A stretch of 64,000 bases of DNA from an uncultured Planctomycetota bacterium (GTDB lineage Bacteria > Planctomycetota > Planctomycetia > Isosphaerales > Isosphaeraceae). The notes beneath the pieces are model-generated. The model had not been told where the DNA came from and searched no databases. It was given only the letters and a program-made list of their open reading frames with translations. The stretch spans positions 32,001 to 96,000 of the forward strand of contig CAWJTV010000028.1 of assembly GCA_963845755.1 (NCBI GenBank). The letters run 5' to 3'. Positions 10,558 to 19,790 of the stretch are shown here, one piece after another. Position numbers and translations under genes: made by a program. Every line of letters starts with the position of its first letter. The stretch's first letter is position 1.

Positions 10558-11715
10558 GTGGATGACGTGACCCGATTGCTGGCGGAACTGGTGTCCATCC
10601 CGAGCGTCAACCCCATGGGGCGCCCTTCCTCGGGCGAGGAGTTCCTCGAAACGCGGCTGACGGCCTATCTCGAGGATTGGCTCGGGGAGCTGGGGGTCGA
10701 CTGCCATCGGCAGCCGATCGCGCCGGGCCGTGAGAACCTCCTGTCGCGGTATGAGGCCCCGGGATCTCGGCGTACGATCCTCTTCGACGTCCATCAGGAT
10801 ACCGTACCTACCGACGGGATGACGATCCCTCCGTTCGAGCCGACGATCGTCGAGCAGCGCCTCCACGGGCGAGGATCGTGCGACGTGAAGGGGAGCATGG
10901 CGGCGATGCTCGTGGCATTCGCCCGCCTGGTTCGGGAACGGCCGGCGGGGTCGGCGTCCGTGCTCCTGGCCTGCACGGTGGACGAAGAATTCACCCACAG
11001 GGGATCATCTCGCCTCGCGGAGACCGAGCTCGGCACCGACCTGGCGATCGTCGCCGAGCCGACGCGCCTCGACCTGGTGCATTGCCACAAGGGGGCGCTC
11101 CGGTGGAAGATCCGCACCCGCGGGCGGGCCTGCCACAGTTCGGCACCACAGCTCGGCGACAACGCGATCTACCGGATGGGCCGAGTGCTCGCGGCTCTCG
11201 AGTCCTATGCCGAGTCGCTGTCGCGATCCTCGGCCCATCCCATCCTCGGCCCGCCGAGCCTGTCCGTCGGACGGATCGAAGGCGGCCAGAGCGTCAATGT
11301 TGTTCCCGACTGGTGCGAGATCGAGGTCGATCGCCGGATGCTCCCGGGCGAGGAATCGGCACGATGCCTGGACGACCTCAAGGCGGATCTCGCCCAACGT
11401 CTGGGCGGGCTCGTCGGGATCGAGTTCGGCCCGCCCTGGGTGGATATGCCACCGCTATCGCCGCGGTCATCCCGATGGCTCGAGCCCCTCGCCGATGCCA
11501 TCACGGCGGCAACCGGCCGGCGCCCGGATGTCCTCGGCGTCCCGTTCGGCACCGATGCCGGACCGTTGAACGCGGCGGGATTATCCTGCGTCGTGTTCGG
11601 TCCCGGCGACATCGCCCAGGCCCACACCAAGGACGAATGGATCGACCTGGACCAAGTTCGCCTTGCCGCCGAGGCTTACTACCAGATTGCCGTGACCCTC
11701 GGCAAGATCGAGTGA
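10558..11715 (+). CDS. ArgE/DapE-family M20 deacylase
   Basis: HQDTVP, GRGSCDVKG, VDEE, AEPT, GRACHSS, GGQSVNVVPD, GPGDIAQAHTKDE. Confidence 0.92.
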   Translation: MDDVTRLLAELVSIPSVNPMGRPSSGEEFLETRLTAYLEDWLGELGVDCHRQPIAPGRENLLSRYEAPGSRRTILFDVHQDTVPTDGMTIPPFEPTIVEQRLHGRGSCDVKGSMAAMLVAFARLVRERPAGSASVLLACTVDEEFTHRGSSRLAETELGTDLAIVAEPTRLDLVHCHKGALRWKIRTRGRACHSSAPQLGDNAIYRMGRVLAALESYAESLSRSSAHPILGPPSLSVGRIEGGQSVNVVPDWCEIEVDRRMLPGEESARCLDDLKADLAQRLGGLVGIEFGPPWVDMPPLSPRSSRWLEPLADAITAATGRRPDVLGVPFGTDAGPLNAAGLSCVVFGPGDIAQAHTKDEWIDLDQVRLAAEAYYQIAVTLGKIE

Positions 11716-11862
11716 GTGTCCGATTCCCGACGGAATTCGCGAATCCCTGAACCGTGCTCACACGAACGGATTCTATGGAGATCATCCTGAAGAAAACGAG
11801 TGGGACCCCTCATCGGTACGACCCACCCGCAATCATTGAGGCGCCATCGGCATTCGACGAGG

Positions 11863-12204
11863 TCAGAAGACGTCCATCGTGAAGTGCATCCCCTTGTAGA
11901 ACTTCTTCTTCTGCCAGTCGTGCCAGCCGTGAGGATGACGGAACAGCCCGAAGACCCGGTAGCCGCCGTATTCGTTGCGATAATACGGGCCCTGGATCTG
12001 GGGGACGATCCGCTGTTCGCGGGGATAGCGGTACCACCCATCGTAGAGTCCGTTATACTCAAATCCGTTACCCGGGACTTGAGGCGGCGTGTAGGGCCAG
12101 TGGAGATAGTCGTTCCAGTCCTGCGCCCGGGCCGACCTTGCCCCGCCGAGGCCAACGACCGCGAGGGTCAGGGCCAACACCTTGATCCATGAGCAGCGCG
12201 ACAC
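11863..12204 (-). CDS. Small secreted aromatic-rich protein
   Basis: GGAGG RBS, GTG start, signal peptide ending ARA|Q, Tyr/Trp/Pro-rich mature part. Confidence 0.75.
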   Translation of the reverse strand: MSRCSWIKVLALTLAVVGLGGARSARAQDWNDYLHWPYTPPQVPGNGFEYNGLYDGWYRYPREQRIVPQIQGPYYRNEYGGYRVFGLFRHPHGWHDWQKKKFYKGMHFTMDVF

Positions 12205-12312
12205 AATACACCTCCCTGAAGGGGACCCATTCCCAAACCGTGGGTAATATGCCACACGATTCGCGAATGGGCGGTGTTTTTTCCCGTTTCTGACAGACCT
12301 GGAGGATGAGTC

Positions 12313-13554
12313 ATGTCGGCAGCACGGATTCGGCGGGGCTTTCCGTTCATCCGGGCCGAGAGGCCTGCTGGGACGGATCCCGGCGCTCGGCAACGGCTGG
12401 GATGGTTGCTCGTGGCCGGCGTCGTCCTGGGGCTATCGGGCGGCACGTCGAAGGCCCAGGACTCGAGGACGGACACATCACTCCATCCCGAAGGAGCGCG
12501 GCTCCGCGAGACCGTTGAATTGCTGGCCTCACCCGAGTTCGGTGGACGGAGCGGACCAGGCGGCGAGAAAACGGCCGATTACCTGACCGATCAATTCCGC
12601 CGGCTGAAGCTCCAGGGTCTGTTCGACGGGGAATTCACCCAGATGATTCCGGGAAACGAGCCCGGAACCCGGATCGGCCGCAACGTCGGGGCCATGCTCC
12701 GCGGCTCCGATCCTGTGCTCCGCGAGCAATGGGTGATCGTTGCCGCCCATTACGACCATCTAGGCGTGCGCGGGGGCAAGCTCTTCCCCGGCGCGGATGA
12801 CAATGCCTCGGGTGTGGCCATGATGCTGGAGGTGGCGCGATGCTTCGTGCAGACTTCGTCGCCTCCTCGGAGGAGCGTCATGTTCGTCGGCTTCGATCTG
12901 GAAGAGGCGGGGTTATTCGGCTCGCGCTATTTCGTCTCCCATCCCCCGGTCCCGCTCGATCACATCGCACTGTTCATCACCGCAGATATGATGGGACGCG
13001 CCCTGGCGGGTATCTGCGACGGTCATGTCTTCGTCATGGGTACGGAACACGCGCCGGGACTACGTCCCTGGATTGATGAGGCGGGGAGAGGACGTCCCCT
13101 GATCATTGGTCTGCTCGGCGCGGACCTATTGATTCTCAATCGCAGCGACTACGGGCCGTTCCGGAGCAAGAGTATCCCGTTCCTCTTCTTCACCACCGGC
13201 GAGAATCCGCGCTACCACACGCCCCAAGACACCGCCGACACTCTCAATTATCCCAAGTTGACCTCGATCGCCCAGTTGATCCATCAGGTCGCCCTCAAGG
13301 CCGTATCAGCACCCGATCTCCCCCGCTGGCAAACTGTGCCGGATAACCCCTTGGCCGAGGCCGTGACCATTCGCGATGTCCTGCGCCTCCTATCGAAGAA
13401 CAGCGCGCGCCTCAAGATCGGCACCGCCCAGCACTTCATCATCAGGAACACGCTCGGCCTCCTCGAAGAGATCGTGCCGCGGGGAAGCATCACGCCAGAG
13501 GAGCGATCGCGCGTCATCCAGGGAGCTCGGATCGTGCTCTTCACCGTACTCTAG
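12313..13554 (+). CDS. M28 family peptidase (exported)
   Basis: AHYDHLG, GADDNASG, FDLEEAGLFGS, RSDY, YHTPQD motifs. Confidence 0.92.
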   Translation: MSAARIRRGFPFIRAERPAGTDPGARQRLGWLLVAGVVLGLSGGTSKAQDSRTDTSLHPEGARLRETVELLASPEFGGRSGPGGEKTADYLTDQFRRLKLQGLFDGEFTQMIPGNEPGTRIGRNVGAMLRGSDPVLREQWVIVAAHYDHLGVRGGKLFPGADDNASGVAMMLEVARCFVQTSSPPRRSVMFVGFDLEEAGLFGSRYFVSHPPVPLDHIALFITADMMGRALAGICDGHVFVMGTEHAPGLRPWIDEAGRGRPLIIGLLGADLLILNRSDYGPFRSKSIPFLFFTTGENPRYHTPQDTADTLNYPKLTSIAQLIHQVALKAVSAPDLPRWQTVPDNPLAEAVTIRDVLRLLSKNSARLKIGTAQHFIIRNTLGLLEEIVPRGSITPEERSRVIQGARIVLFTVL

Positions 13555-15683
13555 ACAGGTACCTTGCGGGTTGCGGCGGGCTTCTCGGAGGCCCGTGTCC
13601 CCAAGGGATCCTTGCGAGGCTGAACCGGGGGATTGACCGGCTGCGGTCGAGCCGGGACATGCTCTTCGGGCACGGCTGGTCGGTCAGGAAGGCGTTGGGC
13701 CGGGTCGAGCTCGATTTCCGGGATGAACGGCGCGAACGGGACAGCTCCGCCTCGCTCGCGCGGGAACTCGGGTCGATCGAGGGGTGCAAACGGATCCGGG
13801 ATTTCGGGCGGCAGATGGTCCGGCAGCGACTCACCGGGAAACACGGCGCGGGGTGCCAGCTCATTGGCATTGGTCCGCGAAGCGAGATAGCGAGCCCAGG
13901 CTTGGCTCGCGTCGGGCTCGGTTGTGAGGACTGGACCCCGTGAAGTTTCCTCGATCCGATGGATTGGCCCCCCTTCCGCCCTGACCAGGTAGTCGGCGAC
14001 GGCCCGGGCACGAATCGTATCGCCCTTGGACATCAGGATTTGCGCACGCAAGCTTAGCAACGGCAGCCGGTGCCCGGCCGTCGCGAGACGCGGCTCCAAG
14101 GCATCAAGGTCGGCCTCGGCTGCGGCGAAATCGCCCCGAAGGTAGTCGAAGAACAGACGATCCTCCAGAGCTGCGGCGGAACTCGCCTCTGGATCGACCT
14201 GGTCTGCAACCGGGCGGCTCGGGATGTTGGATATCGTTGAGCCCAGACGACCGAGCCGAGCGAGTCGTGGCAGAGCGGAGTGATGTGGGGGAATCTCGCC
14301 GGGCAACGGCAGGAGTGTGGGCCGACCGGGAATTCGCCGGTCCACCGTCGCGGAGAACCTCTCCAGCAGGAGCGCCCGCGCGGTCTGCGCGAGCATGGAC
14401 ATCCATGCTCCCCGCGCGGCCGCATCGGGCATCATCAGCGAGGTTTGTTCGGTCGCGACGTCATAAACCGCCGGCAGGGTCAGGGCCGTCGGCGTCCCGA
14501 ATCGCAGGGCGACGGCCCCACCATCCGGCGACACCGAGAGGCTGCCGATCCGCAGGCTGCCGTCCAACGGATGAAACCTCTTGAAGATGCTCGACTCACG
14601 TGGGACGCTCCAGGCCACGTCCGTGTCCCGCCCCTCGAAGTCCACAGCGAAAAAACACCGCTCCTCCTGGCGATCGAAGTCGATCGCGACGCCTCGAATC
14701 GAGGTGCCTCGTCGATGGATCTCAGGCCCGGCCAGGCTCTGAACCCGCACCGCATCGCCCGTCTCCACGAACACCCTCTCCAGATCCAGCATCGAGGATT
14801 GCGGCCCGCGCTTCTCCACGACGACGTAGATCGACCGCCCGTCGCTCGTCCAGAATGGCGTTGCCTTCATGCGACCTAGAGAGATGAGCGGGCGAGCGGC
14901 GGTGAACGTCTGAGCTTGATGCTCCACCACCTCGAGCCGGTTCCCTTCCAGCTCTTCCGGCCGGATCCGGATGAAGGCGACCTTCGAGCCGTCAGGTGAC
15001 CAGGACGGCATGACCGCATGCTCGATGGTCTGGAGCACTCGGCGCGATTCGATCCTGATGATCAGGATCGCCGGCTCTTCGCCGGGTCTGGTGAAGGCGA
15101 GAAACCGCCCGTCGGGACTCCAGGCAGCCGCCACGTGGGGGAACATCGCTCGCGGCTCGGGTCCAAGCTCGAAATCCGGGACATCCAGGAGAGTACGCTT
15201 CCGGTTCAAGCCCTGCTGGATCACAATCTCCAACCGGCCTCGCGGGATCGTGTGATGGGGCTCGATCGATGAGGGCACGAACCGGCCGAACGCGATGGTC
15301 CGCCCCTGGGGGCTCCACGACGGTGCTGTCAGGGGCCACGCCGATTCCTCGATCATCACGGACGACTGGGCATCGCGGTTTGAGGTCCAGATCCGGTAGA
15401 TGCTCGAGCCCGACGCCTTCGGCGCGACAGAGCCTCGCGGATCCGCAGGACTCGCTCCTTCGTAAGAGACATCGAAGAGCCAGCCGGGTTCGCGTTCATC
15501 GTGCCCTGTACCCGGGGCCACCGTATAGCTGAGCCAATGGGAATCGGGAGACCACGACATCGGGGATGCCGTCCACCCCGCGACGAGCGTGGTCGTCAGG
15601 AGCCGGAAGAACCCGCGGAGTCCGTTCTGCATCAGGAGCAAGCTCATGGGAGGACCATCCTGCGAGAGGAAAGCATACGACAC
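13551..15683 (-). CDS. TolB-like / PD40 beta-propeller protein with a helical and Pro-rich C-terminus
   Basis: Repeated WSPDG/WSPQG motifs; alternative start at 15647. Confidence 0.8.
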   Translation of the reverse strand: MSYAFLSQDGPPMSLLLMQNGLRGFFRLLTTTLVAGWTASPMSWSPDSHWLSYTVAPGTGHDEREPGWLFDVSYEGASPADPRGSVAPKASGSSIYRIWTSNRDAQSSVMIEESAWPLTAPSWSPQGRTIAFGRFVPSSIEPHHTIPRGRLEIVIQQGLNRKRTLLDVPDFELGPEPRAMFPHVAAAWSPDGRFLAFTRPGEEPAILIIRIESRRVLQTIEHAVMPSWSPDGSKVAFIRIRPEELEGNRLEVVEHQAQTFTAARPLISLGRMKATPFWTSDGRSIYVVVEKRGPQSSMLDLERVFVETGDAVRVQSLAGPEIHRRGTSIRGVAIDFDRQEERCFFAVDFEGRDTDVAWSVPRESSIFKRFHPLDGSLRIGSLSVSPDGGAVALRFGTPTALTLPAVYDVATEQTSLMMPDAAARGAWMSMLAQTARALLLERFSATVDRRIPGRPTLLPLPGEIPPHHSALPRLARLGRLGSTISNIPSRPVADQVDPEASSAAALEDRLFFDYLRGDFAAAEADLDALEPRLATAGHRLPLLSLRAQILMSKGDTIRARAVADYLVRAEGGPIHRIEETSRGPVLTTEPDASQAWARYLASRTNANELAPRAVFPGESLPDHLPPEIPDPFAPLDRPEFPRERGGAVPFAPFIPEIELDPAQRLPDRPAVPEEHVPARPQPVNPPVQPRKDPLGTRASEKPAATRKVPV

Positions 15684-15870
15684 GATGGATCAGATCCGTT
15701 GACAGCCGCCAGCAATCCTATCGGCCGAGACAGTGCTCGGCCCGTCATGCGAAGCGTCGCGCCAACCGTCTTTCAGTATAAAGCCAGAGCTTTCGCCTGG
15801 ATAGCGGAAGAGGAGATTGCAGCCATCATCGGCCTCGTCCCGGACTGCGGCGTCGGAGTGCACTCGACCG

Positions 15871-17085
15871 TCATGGCTCGTCTGCGATCACCCGGGTTGA
15901 GACCCGTACGCCGCTGGTGGAGTCTACGGCGGCGCGGTGGCGTCGTGCGGCCAACGTGAACGGGAGGTGTGGCGGGGTGGACAACCCTGTCGATGCGGGT
16001 CGGTAAGGGAACCAGTCCTTGAGCGAGAGACACGGTGACTCCAGCAGACGCCACGAGAGGGCGGCCAAGACCCAGGACGCCGAGAGTCCTGTGGTCAACG
16101 CCAACACCCAGGCAAGAGGGGATAGGCCTGTGGTCACATGACTGGCTAGCCATCGAGCCGGTACCATCCCCTTGACGACGATGATCGGATGGAGCAAATA
16201 GAGCCCATAGCAATACCGACCCAAGCCGCGAAGCGGCCGACAACTCAGGGTCCGGATCGCCAGAGTCGGTCCACGCACGGACAGGAGCACCAACGCCCCA
16301 CCACCCACGGAAACGAGCAGTCGGCCGAGGACCATGATCGCGGCGAAGGAGAGGTTCAGCTTCCCCAACGACCAGATCGCGATCATCGAGCTTACCAAAA
16401 CCGGCAGCGCGAGCCACGCCAGCCGATCGACCCGCGCCGGACGGTGGCGAACGGCCCACGCCAGGTATGATCCGATCGCCAGTCCGTCGAGCGCGAACGG
16501 CGTCATCCGATGCAAGGTCTCGACCTCGGCACCGAGCCACGCCGCGATTCCCCGCAGGATCAGTGAGACCACGACCGTCAACCAGCAAACCGGGCCGAGC
16601 CCGCGGACCGGGAGCGAGGCCACGACGATCGGCCAGACGAAGTAGAACTGTTCTTCGATCGCCAGCGACCAGAAGTGCCACGTAAAAATGTTCGACGAGA
16701 TCCCGAGATCCGATCGCCAGTTGCTCAGATGGGCCCAGAACCTCCAGCTTTCGCCCTTCGGTGGATTCGTCAGATACAGGCCGAAGAGGAAGACGTAATA
16801 CAACGGGAGGATGCGAAGAGCCCGCCGACCGAAGAAGCTACGCCAGTAATCGGGCGACTTGCGAGTGTCCAGCAGGATGCCGGTGATCAGGAAACCCGAG
16901 AGTACAAAGAATAGGTCCACGCCCCAGCCGCCGGGTCCGGCATAGCTCACGAGCTGTCGTGCCGAGGACGTCCCAAACGCGTCGGCCAGAGCCGGAACAA
17001 AGTGGCACATCAAGACACCGAAGATGGCCAATCCACGCACGCCGTCGAGTGCGGGCAGATGAGGGCGAGATGGTGGATGAGGCAC
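15871..17085 (-). CDS. Acyltransferase family 3 (OafA-like) membrane protein
   Basis: LDGVRGLAI, GVDLFFVLSGFLIT, RRALRILPLYY, HFWSLAIEEQFY. Confidence 0.93.
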   Translation of the reverse strand: MPHPPSRPHLPALDGVRGLAIFGVLMCHFVPALADAFGTSSARQLVSYAGPGGWGVDLFFVLSGFLITGILLDTRKSPDYWRSFFGRRALRILPLYYVFLFGLYLTNPPKGESWRFWAHLSNWRSDLGISSNIFTWHFWSLAIEEQFYFVWPIVVASLPVRGLGPVCWLTVVVSLILRGIAAWLGAEVETLHRMTPFALDGLAIGSYLAWAVRHRPARVDRLAWLALPVLVSSMIAIWSLGKLNLSFAAIMVLGRLLVSVGGGALVLLSVRGPTLAIRTLSCRPLRGLGRYCYGLYLLHPIIVVKGMVPARWLASHVTTGLSPLAWVLALTTGLSASWVLAALSWRLLESPCLSLKDWFPYRPASTGLSTPPHLPFTLAARRHRAAVDSTSGVRVSTRVIADEP

Positions 17086-17498
17086 GACGACACCTCCTCG
17101 GTGTTGAGATGGGGACTCGGCGATCCGAGCAATCTGCTGATGCGCCGGGCGGCCGTGTTGAGGGGATCAGCGTAGTGGGACCGGCGAGGGAAGTCTATTC
17201 AATAACCGCAACGCGTAGAACCCGAGTTCTCCGGTGGAAATGGGGGTCGTGCACGATCCTTTACGAACGGCCACTCGGACGCCCGTCGCCGGGAGCGGAG
17301 TATCGCCGCCGCTCAGGGCGATCGACACTCGTGCAGCTCACTAATCGGGCAAGGGACTGGTAACATGAGTTAAGGAACGCGAGGAATGGCGGTGAGCATC
17401 GGGCCGGGCAGAATGCGGTCGAGGCTTCGTCCCGATCGCGAGACCGACGACCGCGGGGCGAGTGATGTGGGAACAGTTTTGGGGCCAGGGTTGGGCCT

Positions 17499-18812
17499 AT
17501 GATTGTCGAACGGATCAAGGCGATGCTGGAGGCGTGCGAGGCCGGGACCGCGGCCTTCCCGCCTACCGAACTATTCAACGAAGACTGGCTGCTCCGGATC
17601 ATCCTGGACTGGTTCGCGCGTCATGGTGGCGACCGGTATCCACTCTCGCCACAGCCCGGGGCGAAGTGGTTCTCCCAGGCGTGGCTCCCTTCGGCGTTCC
17701 TGACCCGCTATCGAGGCGACCGGCTCGCCGAAGCCCGGACTCATGCGGACGCGGTCCTCGGTCATTTCGTGATCGGCGATCCCGGAACCGCGGCACTCTC
17801 GCTGCTGCCGCATGCGCGACAGCTCGTGGTCCTCGAAGCCAAGCTCTTCGCCCGCCTCTCCGCCGGAGTCCGCAACGCCCCCTATTACGACCAGGCGGCT
17901 CGGAGCGTGGGCTGCATCGCCGAGACGCTCCGCCGCGCCGACCGATCACCGGACGACATGGAGGACCTCGGGTACCTCGTGCTGGCCCCCCAGGCCCGGC
18001 TCGATGACGGGATATTCGAATGGGACCTGGCGCTGGACGCGATCCGTCGCAAGGTCCGACGGCGTGTCGAGGATTATGCCGGCGAGCGTGACTCCTGGTT
18101 CTGCGATTGGTTCGAGCCGACACGGCGACGGATCGAGGTCCGCTCGTTAAGTTGGGAAGACCTGATCGACATCGTCGCGTTCCACAGCATGGAGGACGGA
18201 CACATCATCGACAGCTTCTATGGCCAGTGCCTGCGGTTCAATCGTCCGCAGGCGCGGGGGACCGCTGCCGCGGGCGCCGTTCCCGGTTCGGCCGCGAGCG
18301 GCGAGCTGCCCCCGACTCCCGGAGTGGTCCGGGGTTTCGTGAGACAACGATCCGAACTGTACCTCAACGGGTCATCGTTTTCAGGAGCGAAGTGGCGTCA
18401 TCCCGATGGGCGAATGCGCCCGGATGGTTGGTGGCCCTCTGCAGGAGTCCGCGGGCTTCGTCGGTTTTGCCTTTGTCCGCCAGGATGCGGGCCAGGTAGT
18501 AGGCGACATCCGGCGACATCCGTCCGCCCTGGGTGGCGGCCCGGAGGAATTGATCGGCCTGGTCGAGATGGCCGGATCGGTAATGCGCCCAGCCCAGGGT
18601 GGCCACGACGTCCTGCGATCGCGGATTCTGTCGGGCGTTGGCCTCGGCGAGTTGCAGTCCGCGGGCACGTTTCACCGGGTCGTCCTGCTCCACGAGGGCG
18701 AGCGCCAGCAAGTTGGCCGTACCGCCATCGCCGGGCAACTCGCGGTGGAGCGGCTCAAGGACCGCTTCGGAGCCGGCGAGGTCCCGAAGATGCCAGGCGA
18801 TGTATCCCTTGA
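17499..18812 (+). CDS. Hypothetical protein, possible PD-(D/E)XK nuclease fold; true 3' end probably near 18340
   Basis: ADAVLG...VVLEAK...DQAAR motif order; the ORF tail beyond about 18360 overlaps the convergent TPR gene and looks like read-through. Confidence 0.65.
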   Translation: MIVERIKAMLEACEAGTAAFPPTELFNEDWLLRIILDWFARHGGDRYPLSPQPGAKWFSQAWLPSAFLTRYRGDRLAEARTHADAVLGHFVIGDPGTAALSLLPHARQLVVLEAKLFARLSAGVRNAPYYDQAARSVGCIAETLRRADRSPDDMEDLGYLVLAPQARLDDGIFEWDLALDAIRRKVRRRVEDYAGERDSWFCDWFEPTRRRIEVRSLSWEDLIDIVAFHSMEDGHIIDSFYGQCLRFNRPQARGTAAAGAVPGSAASGELPPTPGVVRGFVRQRSELYLNGSSFSGAKWRHPDGRMRPDGWWPSAGVRGLRRFCLCPPGCGPGSRRHPATSVRPGWRPGGIDRPGRDGRIGNAPSPGWPRRPAIADSVGRWPRRVAVRGHVSPGRPAPRGRAPASWPYRHRRATRGGAAQGPLRSRRGPEDARRCIP

Positions 18813-19707
18813 TCCGTTGCGCGTCCTGCGACTTGGGGTCGATCTTCAGGGCCTCGTCGGCCTCGGTGCGAGCCACCGGAGTGCGCCCCTTCTCGAGCAG
18901 CCATCCCGCTCGGGCAATGCGAACCCGGGAGCTGGCCGGCTCGAGCTTCACCGCGTAGTCGAACCACTCCTCGGCCTTTTTCTCATCCCCCTTCTGGTTG
19001 AAGAGGCGGCCCATGCTGATGGCTGCCGGCTCGAGCGCGGGAGTGTCCACGACGGCCTGCTTCAGCGTATTGAACGCCTCATCGGTCTTGCCGAGCCGGA
19101 ACATCACGCTGGCCAGTTGCTGGCGTGCCTGGCCGTTCTTGGGATCGAGCTCGAGCCAGGCGGTCAATTGGGTTTCGGCAGTCTTCCATTCCTCCTGGCC
19201 CTCGGCGGCCGCGGCCAGCCCGGAGAGGGCGTCGCGGCGGAATCCGCGTGCCTTTTCGGCGTCCCATTTCCCCGCGGCGATAAGCCCCAGCGCGTTCTCG
19301 AAGTTGAGATGCGCATCGCTGAACCGCCCTTCGCCCATCGCCAATCTGCCGAAAGTGAGATACACTTCGGGGTGTTTTGATGCCTCGACCGCGGCCCGTT
19401 CCAGATAATGTCGTCCGGGCACGGCCTGACCCGCACGAAACAGGATCTGCGCCAGCATCAGGGGAGCGGGCGGCCATTCCGGATGCTTGGCCGCCTTCTC
19501 GCGGATTAGCGCGAGCGCCTCGTCGTTCCGACCTTCGCGGATCTTCTGTACGGCCCCTTCGAGGTCCTTCTCCGCCGTGTCGGCCGCCTTGCCCGTTTCT
19601 TGCCCCACAGTGACCGGCCCCGACCAAAGCGCGGTTGCCGCGCAGTCCATGATGACTGCCATGCCGACCAAGAGCGCCAATCCTTTACGAGTCGGTTCGG
19701 AGTACAT
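18364..19707 (-). CDS. Exported tetratricopeptide repeat protein
   Basis: N-terminal hydrophobic segment; TPR-like units (LELDPKN, ALKIDPKS, TLGWAHYRSG). Confidence 0.88.
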   Translation of the reverse strand: MYSEPTRKGLALLVGMAVIMDCAATALWSGPVTVGQETGKAADTAEKDLEGAVQKIREGRNDEALALIREKAAKHPEWPPAPLMLAQILFRAGQAVPGRHYLERAAVEASKHPEVYLTFGRLAMGEGRFSDAHLNFENALGLIAAGKWDAEKARGFRRDALSGLAAAAEGQEEWKTAETQLTAWLELDPKNGQARQQLASVMFRLGKTDEAFNTLKQAVVDTPALEPAAISMGRLFNQKGDEKKAEEWFDYAVKLEPASSRVRIARAGWLLEKGRTPVARTEADEALKIDPKSQDAQRIKGYIAWHLRDLAGSEAVLEPLHRELPGDGGTANLLALALVEQDDPVKRARGLQLAEANARQNPRSQDVVATLGWAHYRSGHLDQADQFLRAATQGGRMSPDVAYYLARILADKGKTDEARGLLQRATNHPGAFAHRDDATSLLKTMTR

Positions 19708-19790
19708 GTGTTGATTCCTGCGGTGAATAGCAAGTATGGCCGATCGTCCGGCTTGTTCCGGCGATTATAGCAGAGACAGGCGCCTTCTTG

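Noticed and set aside
4421..13554. Cluster of three M20/M28 metallopeptidases as a single system
   Set aside because: Different strands, interspersed with unrelated genes, and no operon structure
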